Below, in pieces: positions 54,875 through 64,000 of a DNA stretch of 64,000 nt. Location of the stretch: NCBI GenBank assembly GCA_951406725.2, contig OX597821.1, forward strand, positions 75,392,001-75,456,000, read 5' to 3'. Position 1 is the stretch's first letter; the number at the start of each line of letters is the position of its first letter. A model generated the notes under the pieces. The model had not been told where the DNA came from, did not search any database, and saw only the letters and a program-made list of their open reading frames with translations. This stretch comes from Octopus vulgaris. Taxonomy: Eukaryota. Made by a program: the position numbers and the translations under genes.

Positions 54875-56066
54875 GCTTTCATAATATACATTATTATCAA
54901 AAGTAATAATATATATTCTAAAATGCAATGGTTGAAGAGTAAACATTTTTTTATTTAGATCTGATTCAGGAATAGCTGGTCTCTTCGATTTGTACCTTGG
55001 TAGAAAGTGCATTAGTTTCCGATTAACTTTTTATTTTATCAATAACAGGAATCCGAACTTCAGATATTTCTAAATGAATATCACTATTTGCAAAATTCAT
55101 ATCATTAACTGTTTTCCCAATGATATTAAAAATTAATACCGCAAAATTTAATATTACTAAATATTTTTAAAACGAAGTTAAAAATCTGTGGCGGCATCAT
55201 TCACAGGAATCCGAAACTCCTCACTATTATTGCATCGATTGATAACAATCGCATTATTGGGCCGCGGTCGATTTTGCTGTTTGTCTATTTAGGGTCGATA
55301 AAATAAAGAACCAGTGAAGCGCCGACATCGATTTGATCGATTAAACTATAACCCTATTTAAAACATTTGTTTTTCCAGATTAGAATAAAGATTCTGAAAA
55401 ATAGTTTTAGTGCTTTCTGTAAAATGATATTAAAGGTTTGGATTGGAAACTACACATCAAGTGAACACACACACACGCGCACACACACACGCACGCACAC
55501 ACACTCTCTCTCCCTCTCGCACACACACACACACACACACACCCGAAACACACACACATATTTAGTAGTTAGGCTGTTGCACTTACGATCGCTAGATCGT
55601 GGGTTCGATTCCCAGACAGGTCAGCACGTTTTGCACTTGAGCAAAAGAATTCATTTCCCCATTGTCCCTGCCGCCTTCGATCTATGGAGACCGGTGGCCT
55701 GCATGCCTAGCCGGAACTGTTTATCTTTTATTCGTTTCCGTCATTCAACTCCGTCCATCTGGGAAAACGCACTGTAGTGTTTAGTAGATCAAGTCATTCA
55801 ACTAATATTCTATTTTATCGCATTCTAATGGCCACACCGCTACTACCGAGTCACAGCTAATATTGCGACTTCGGATGTTATAGAAAATAAAAAGTTCACA
55901 GGCTGACAATATTTCCTTTTATTGGTATATATGTAGAGGGTGTTGAGGCTAAAATTGACAGTTTGCATAAAAGAAAAGAAAACACGATATCTAATTTAAA
56001 ATTAAAAGTATTTTAAAAATCAAAAGAATTATGAAGTAAATAATGACCAGGGATTAACAGATTACT

Positions 56067-56432
56067 TAAACTAGTCGCCCTCAGCTTCCACCATAGCCTC
56101 AAGACGGCTCCAGAACCTGACGCATGTGCTCCTTAATGCGTCATTGGGAAGCTCTCCGGAAACCTCTTTGATCTTGGTCACCAACTCGGCCTTCGTGTTG
56201 CACGCAGAGTCAGTGATGTCTCCTTCACTCGTGCCCTACATGGGATTACATTTGAGAGAATTATGAAAACAGAAATTGGGGCTGATGAAGTCGTAGAGAT
56301 TATTCGACAACCATTTCTGACTCTTTGTAGAGTTATTGCAAAGAGCTGAACCCTGCTGTCACACGTCAGACACGTCAGGTTCTCTAGCAGCTTCACGTAA
56401 CCGTCCGAATTGAGCCTAAGGACTTGTTCATA
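56067..56432 (-). pseudogene. maT/DD37D transposase C-terminal fragment
   Basis: LRLNSDGYVKLLE..QQGSA..KSQKWLSNNLYDFISPNF..CNPM..ACNTKAELVTKIKEV..RFWSRLEAMVEAEG, homologous to 49550-49940. Confidence 0.8.
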
Positions 56433-56760
56433 AGTCGCTGAATGAATTGTGGCATGCAGGCCTAATCAGAACGCCTGCTGTGGCTATTTTAGCTGATCAC
56501 GGACCTTATATCTGACAGTCTACAAGAACCAGGTCCACGCAAGTCATGATTCCTAAGTGTCCTCCTGCTGTTTTCCAAATTCCTATCTCCAACGGGTTTT
56601 GAACCTGGGTCGTTCTTAACAGTGTTCGCATAGCACTGAGCAACAGTCATGTTATTGTGGAATTCTGTACATTATTTACATTGGATGGATATATGTCCTC
56701 ATCTTGTTTGCTGATTTACTCTCCATCCGGGGTCCTCATTCCTAAGGTATTTTTTGCTGA

Positions 56761-56814
<54 letters not shown>

Positions 56815-56827
56815 CATCATCATTATT

Positions 56828-57163
56828 CTATGTTTGACTTTTGCTTTATGTTTGTACATGTTGGCTCCAAGTCGCACCCAGAGACCTCAAGAGACAACAG
56901 GTTGGAAGTTCACGTTGTTGTTATGCCTAGTGTGCCATATATTTGTTTTTTTTTTGGCGGGGGGAGGGGTTGTACTAGTGAATGTCTGATAAAAAATTAA
57001 AAAATGGTTAGTTTTAAACCTTGAGATTACATAGAGAGTATTTTGCGTAGGATATGAGCAGTTCCCATGAGCACTATCTTTTGAATTTCTGCCATTTTGG
57101 GGTTTCCTGGTATCTGAGTTAGGTAGCAATCAGCCCCTTTCGCTATCTTTCTCCTTTCGCCCC

Positions 57164-57165
<2 letters not shown>
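56828..57165 (-). mobile_element. 5'-truncated R4/Dong-like LINE in (TAA)n
   Basis: 57146-57027 translates to IAKGADCYLTQIPGNPKMAEIQKIVLMGTAHILRKILSM*; (TTA)n on both flanks. Confidence 0.8.
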
Positions 57166-57211
<46 letters not shown>

Positions 57212-57355
57212 TATTCAATGGACTGTCTTGAAGTGAACTGGGAATCAGAGAGCATATAGCGTAATGGGGTAAGTAACACGCGCTATTAACTATTGTGCTA
57301 TATGCACGAGGGCAATTATAGAGTGAATTTTAGGTATTATAAACCTAATATTTTT

Positions 57356-57511
57356 AAAATAATAGACAGAGAACACCACTGGAAAATGCGAAAACTAAAA
57401 GAGGCAGCACATATGCTAGGACACAATAACCTCCTAAGCAGACCTAGTGCAGATATGAGTAGAATATGGGAACTGGTATTAAGGGAGGATACAAAAATAT
57501 TAGGTTTATAA
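57356..57511 (+). pseudogene. C-terminus of a PLE GIY-YIG ORF
   Basis: KIIDREHHWKMRKLKEAAHMLGHNNLLSRPSADMSRIWELVL resembles the PLE end motif ILD.E..W..R...EA..I....N......W. Confidence 0.7.
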
Positions 57512-57634
57512 GCCCTAAAATTCACTCTGTAATTGCCCACGGGCATATGGTGTAATGTTTAAGAGCGCGGCTGTTATAATAATAATAACATTAGCATAGA
57601 TGAGCACCTAGTGTTGGGTGCAAAATTCTATCAG

Positions 57635-57680
57635 GACACCTGATGAAGGCTGGAGAGTAAATCAGCCGAAAATTTGTGGT
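57635..57680 (+). ncRNA. Minimal type I hammerhead ribozyme motif
   Basis: GACAC-CUGAUGA-A-GGCUG-gagaguaaau-CAGCC-GAAA-AU-UU-GUG; intact core and stem II. Confidence 0.75.
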
Positions 57681-58335
57681 AACAACAAACAAGATGAGGA
57701 CACAAATCCGTCCAATGTAAATAATGTAGATAATGTAACGATCATGATGACGGCATTTTGACACCCGGCGCAAATCATCATGATACAAGTAACTCTTTTC
57801 CGAGGTTCAGATGCCTTCCAGCTTCCCATGTCAGCTAACTTTCACTCAACGCCGTTGGCTGTTCACCAATACACCAAGCTGTTCTTGAAAACAAGGGAGA
57901 CTTAGAATATGAAATTTAAACCGAACACTCTGTGTTTATGTATTTATGTATTATGAATGGATGTGTGTGTAGTTAGAAAGAGAGAGAGGGGGAGAGAGAA
58001 GGGGAAACAGAGAGAGAGAAGGGAGAGAGAGACACACACAGATGCACAAATATATAGACAGCCAGACAAACAGACAGATAGATAGATGGGTAGATAGATG
58101 CACTAGGAACTGTAATGGTTGGAAGGGTACACAAACTTTCACTGCCTGGGTATATAAGGTGTACGTTTGTCTGTGCGTGTGTGCGTTGTGTGTGTGTATG
58201 TGTGTGTGTAAGAGACGGAGAAAGCGAAAGATAGATAGATAGATAGAAAGAGAAAGAGAGAGCGGGTGATTGAGAAAATGGACGAGAGAGCGTCATTCAA
58301 AATAACATACATAGTAATATGTGTGTGTATGTATG

Positions 58336-58412
<77 letters not shown>

Positions 58413-58740
58413 TTCTGCGCTACAAAACAAATATGATAAACAAATATGATAAAATAAAAATGCCCACTTTTTACCTTATATATATGCATTTATGTAAATA
58501 CATATTGTCGGAAAAGATTTCAGTGACAGAGAAATTATATGAAAACAAGAAGTAATTGTACATTTAGGAAGATAATCGACTTGCCTTCATATAACAAGCT
58601 TGTTCAATTTTCATCATTTGGTATCTTTTCGAGTTGATTATCATAGAAGCATTATGATACTTGCTTCTTTATTCTTGTGCGGTTGGCTTTCTTGCTGTTG
58701 GTTCTTTAATTTTTATATTTCAGCACATGTAGTTATGAAA

Positions 58741-58781
<41 letters not shown>

Positions 58782-58787
58782 GAAGCT

Positions 58788-58843
<56 letters not shown>

Positions 58844-59276
58844 TATGCGCGCGTGCGTATGTGTCCGTGCGTGTGTATGTTTGGATAAGAGTCTGATTTG
58901 TGTAGTTTAAATGAATATACACACATAGAGGCATAGATGTATACACACACAAGTACACGTGCGCTCATACAGCACACACACACACACATACACACACTCA
59001 CATCAAGACAGCGAGTGTGAGAAAAGATCATTGGTGTCAAAACATTAGAATACGTAATTTTCTGGTAATATGTACATGTACGTGTATATGTGTCTCTGTG
59101 TGTATGAACGTATGTGTATCTATATGTGGATATAGCCATACATCGATATCCATACTTAAAATATACAGACATACATACATTCATACATATATACATACAT
59201 ATATAAATATAAGTATATATATCTGTATATTTATATATATATATATATATATACATATATTTGTATATATATGTAT

Positions 59277-59339
<63 letters not shown>

Positions 59340-60285
59340 TCATACATATATGTGTGTATCTAGGCACACAAGCATACATTTACAGACACGTATATATAAA
59401 TTATATATATCATTGCGAGATAAATAGATACGCGCATACATCTAGATTAAAACATATACACGTATACAGTACAAAGAATCGCTTTTTCTCCAACACACAT
59501 AGACACACATACTTAAATCACTGCAAATTATGTTATGTGTAATGCTGCTCTGCAAAGCTCGGCAGTTAAATAATATATTCGTAACATAAGGCCACACGAA
59601 ACCCATCGTTTTCTTTTATTAAAATATAATGATTCACATGAAGGTATAATTTGGCTCAGTTGAAATTTAGAAATGAAATTTGCATTCCATTCTACCATGA
59701 ACAATTTTTCAAAGTGCTTTGTTTTCAAAATACAATTTTAGCATATCATTATAATATTTTTACTGAAGAAATTTTTTTGTCAATTTATTTAATATAACTG
59801 GTCATTATAATTGCACTTTTAATGAACGTTGCGTTATATATACTCAAAGAACTTTCTTTAAAATTTTATTCAAGAAAAATTTGGAAGGGTTAAATGTGTT
59901 CACAAGATGTATTTTCATTTTGAAGAAGATTACGTAATTCTTCATTAAATGAACTGCAAAAGGCATTGGCTACTTCCTATGTGCAATTGACCTACTGCTC
60001 TTCCTTAGAACCCTTTAAAACATGAGTCGAGTCATTGCTGCTCTATGGTTCTCTCATACATTATCATACATTATCAAATTTACATCTGATATCCAAATGA
60101 TGTGTGCCTCATCAATTTCGAAGATTGTGCCATAAATACGCGGGACTGCAGCGGACAGACACTGCAGCATGAATTGTTCCTTGTTTTATTGGGACACCTA
60201 GTGAGGGTTTGCGATATACGTTTCGATATCTCTTAGTAGAATGTTTTGCCGTGGCGTATATTCAGCTTTTATATTATGCGTGTGT

Positions 60286-60339
<54 letters not shown>

Positions 60340-60594
60340 TAATTTCCTAATTTTCCCCTTCTATCAATGTTTACAGAATACCTCAGTACAACAAAGAATG
60401 AATAAAGAGACAGCTTTCATCAATAAATATCTATGAAATATATGTGTGTATATATGTGTGAGCATGTATGCATGTATATTACTTTATACAAAGAGTGTGC
60501 CAAGATATTTGTATTTGCCCTACAGTGCGCTGCGATGCTTCAGTGATGTGATAATACAACACATTACGAAAAGCAACCATACTTTAGGGATATG

Positions 60595-61205
60595 CCTGAC
60601 AAAACAACCATATTCTGGAATATTTCCAAGCTATAAAGATAAAGAAATGAAGGCAAAATACCGGATATAGTTGTCAAAGATCAGCAAGAAAAAAATGCTT
60701 CCTAATCGACGTATCAATACATACAGATGGCGATGTATCTCTAATAGAAACGGAGAAACTCTCATAATACATTTTATTGTCTGAGGAGAGTCATTCTCAT
60801 TTAGTGCCTTATTACATAACACACTCACCGGTTCGATTTCCACTCATTTACCTATTTATTTTTTCTAAAATTTTCGATGCGTCTTGCAACCTTTTCAATA
60901 GTCGTTGACTCACAAAATACAAAGATCTGGAATAGAGGTCATCCGAATGTGAAGCCTAAAAACTGAAACAATTCCTATGATAAAAGGAGCATGAGATATA
61001 ATTTTTAAAAAATATCCAGACAAATTCATAACCAAAACACCAGGATTTACGAATGTATGTAACATACAGAAAATAGCACTTCTAGGCAATGCGCACAATA
61101 CAGTGAAAATAAGAGCCCTAAAACAAATCACAGTGCATACCTAAGGCACACATGCCTGTGTTCGGTATTGCAGTAAAAGCAGGTGATGAAAATAAGACTA
61201 CTGAG
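60595..61205 (+). mobile_element. Decayed R4/Dong-like LINE 3' end (restriction-like endonuclease domain) followed by (TAA)n
   Basis: PDIVVKDQQEK/CFLIDVSI..EKLS, KYKDL.IEVIRM*SLKTETIP..GA, NIQKIALLGNAH; about 140-bp insertion at 60771-60910. Confidence 0.82.
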
Positions 61206-61219
61206 TAATAATAATGATG

Positions 61220-61267
<48 letters not shown>

Positions 61268-61273
61268 GTAATA

Positions 61274-61304
<31 letters not shown>

Positions 61305-61467
61305 TAATATGCTAAAACTTGTTGAAAAACATGAAAGACCGTAATAAAGTTTACTCTCTTCTGAAAGAGAGCAAAACATGAAAGAGAGAAAAATATTCAC
61401 TACCAGTCTCTTAGATACCTACCAGATTGTAGTGTCTATTTTGCTTTTATAACATATTTTTATTATA

Positions 61468-61954
61468 TCTATATATATAAAACTCTAGTTGTGTGAGTGT
61501 CTGTCCCCTTCGATTCCTAACTCCTCCCACATTTAACCAAATTCGGGTATCTTATAGTCGTGATTCATATCGAGCCCGTCTGACTATTAGCGCGCGTCAA
61601 CGATGAGTCTACGATTTTAAAAATAATTTAACATCATTTTTTATTCCATTTTAATGCATAAAATGCATCGTGTGTCGATGGCGGCGGAGTTGGCGTCCAC
61701 GCTCACAGCTGCACCTGTTTGCTTCTCCCCCTTCCCTCCCTCGTGAAGCTGTGGGGAAGGGAGTGTAAAGAAATCAACGTCGTAATGCGTTGTGAAGGAA
61801 ACCAGCGTTCTTTTAGAATAACGACTTCATGGCTTGAAGACACCAAAACAAAAATGGCTAAGAAAGCCCGAATTTATAAGGGAAGTAACTCTCTAAAAAT
61901 GCTTATATAGTTATTTCCCTTACAAACCCGAGCAACGCCGGGCGATACTGCTAG
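61468..61954 (+). mobile_element. Non-autonomous Helitron (487 bp)
   Basis: A|TC 5' end, subterminal hairpin cccgagc-aac-gccggg 61927-61942, CTAG|T 3' end, no TSD. Confidence 0.85.
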
Positions 61955-61987
61955 TATAGTGTAAATCCTAATACGTGGAACCCGTGT

Positions 61988-62373
61988 CCTTTTCTACTCC
62001 AGGCACAAGGCCCAACATTTTGGGGGAGGAGGTCAGTCGATTAGATCAACCCTAGTACGCAACTGGTATTTAATTTAACGACCCCGAAAAGTTGAAAGGC
62101 AAAGTCGCCCTCGGCGGAATTTGAACTCAGAACGTAAAGATAGACGAAATACCTATTTCTTTACTACCCACAAGGGGCTAAACACAGAGGGGGAAAACAA
62201 GGACAGGACAGACAAACGGATTAAGTCGACTATATCGACCCCAGCGCGCAACTGGTACTTAATTTATGGACCCCGAAAGGATGAAAGATAAAGTCGACCT
62301 CGGCGGAATACCGCAGACGAAATACCGCTAAGCATTTCACCCGGTGTGCTAACGATTCTGCCAGCCCACCGCC
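61988..62373 (-). mobile_element. SINE family A dimer (tail 1 unit plus tail 2 unit)
   Basis: Same arrangement as 34414-34848, reversed. Confidence 0.85.
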
Positions 62374-62863
62374 TTGTTTACACGTTTTTGTATTGTAAAA
62401 CGTCTCACGTGATTTTTGAGATTCCACTGACATTTCTTCATTACTATGTACCGACGAATAAAGAAGGCACTGACAGTCTCGATTTGGTCGATATATCTGC
62501 TAAAATCAATAGCCACATTCCCGTCGAATCAATCTACATCTTATCAAATGCGGAAAGGAAAAACCTCGAACAGAGAATCCTATACATATTTCTCAAAAGA
62601 CGTGATGGTCGCGGATAGGTATCCCTTGATCAGCTTCATCAGTGTAGAGCAGAATGAAACAAAAACAAAAACACTAGACACCCATCGTCATTTTCACAGT
62701 GACATCGTCTCTTAAATTTCATAGTTAAGGCGGTTTCTTTGTTTCTGTGTTTCTGTTTGCGATGGCTATCGTTTATTTTTGTAATTCTATTGTTTTTCCA
62801 CTCTATTTCCTCCTTGTCCAATTCTTCTTCTTCTTTTTCTTCTTCTTCTTCTTCTTCTTCTTC

Positions 62864-62968
<105 letters not shown>

Positions 62969-64000
62969 TTATTGGTATTGTTATTATTGTTATTGTTATT
63001 GTTATTATTATTATGATTATTATTATCATCATCATCATCATTATTATTATTATTATTCGTATTATTATGATCGTCATCGTTATTGTTGTACGGCTGCTAC
63101 CGTATTTAATCGTTTCTCTAGTGTGTGTTTATGGAGGCGGTGGGGGTGGGGGTGGGGGTGGGTCTATTTATCTGACCGTCGATTACCGGAATCTCGTTGT
63201 TCTTCTTACTGCGACTGTTGTTCCCCTACAACAGGTAATCCATCACTCACCTTCTCGCCCCGCTTTCTTCTCACTAGTTCTATTCAATACGTCGCATTTT
63301 CTTGGCTTAATGTCTATAATTAGCGATGGTAATGTCAGTCGGGCGCCAACACAGAACGAAGAGCAAACACAGAGCAACGGTAACTCTAACACGTCATCAG
63401 AATCAAATCATAAACACAGCATTACAGAATTCTGATGAGTTCGTATCCGTTGGTCTTTTAAAAACTCCTCTTTCTATAATGACAACAACATCTTAGGTTT
63501 TCTTCGACAACTTTGGCCACCGGACCAGTTTTAGCAATCGGTTACCTATCTCTAGGTACAAAAACACACGCACATACATAAAATTCTGCATGTGTACACA
63601 TACTAATGTGAGTGTGCATGTATGTGTTGTGTATGTTTACCAAATTGATAAACTACCAATTCTTGCTTGCTGAGTACTATACATACACACATGCACACAC
63701 GCATACATACACACCCAGATGTATACATACATACACACACACATGCATACATACACACACACGCGCATACATACATACACACATGTAGAGTGCATACATG
63801 CATACACACATATATACATACATATATACATACACACATACATACACACACATGCATACATACACATACACACACATACATACATACATACATACATGCA
63901 TACATACATACATACACAAAAATACATACAAACACATTAACAACAATAAGAACAACAACAATAATAATAGTAATAATAATAATATTTCAATTTTTTGCCA

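Larger units (their letters stand above)
56659..57737. mobile_element. Head-to-head inverted PLE 3' ends (family 1): minus copy 56659-57355 interrupted by R4/Dong, plus copy 57356-57737
   Basis: Inverted arms 57278-57355 / 57492-57570; family tails at both outer ends. Confidence 0.75.

Noticed and set aside
63136-63163. (GGGGGT)n G-quadruplex motif
   Set aside because: Simple repeat with no functional context visible.

Overview
AT-rich eukaryotic, non-genic DNA (intron or intergenic) with very dense microsatellites and interspersed repeats. The repeat content resembles an octopus/coleoid cephalopod genome (inference from recognised SINE families, not a database search). No host protein-coding gene is supportable; almost all long ORFs are microsatellite read-throughs. 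Recognisable elements: a 5'-truncated CR1/L2-group LINE RT (24.6-26.8 kb), a decayed DD37D (maT) transposase (48.9-50.1 kb) plus fragments, two R4/Dong LINE 3' remnants at (TAA)n, Penelope-like element (PLE) GIY-YIG remnants, a non-autonomous Helitron, hAT-type and TA-flanked MITEs, several tRNA-derived SINE families and a 17-bp minisatellite. The most notable signal is a recurring module of a tRNA-like Pol III A/B-box head, a (TAA)n spacer and a minimal hammerhead ribozyme. It occurs at four loci, always with an inverted copy of its own tail, and one copy directly follows a PLE ORF C-terminus. A second hammerhead family sits in (TA)n. Several fold-back inverted duplications lie at transposon junctions. 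All alignments and translations were done by eye, so boundaries are approximate.
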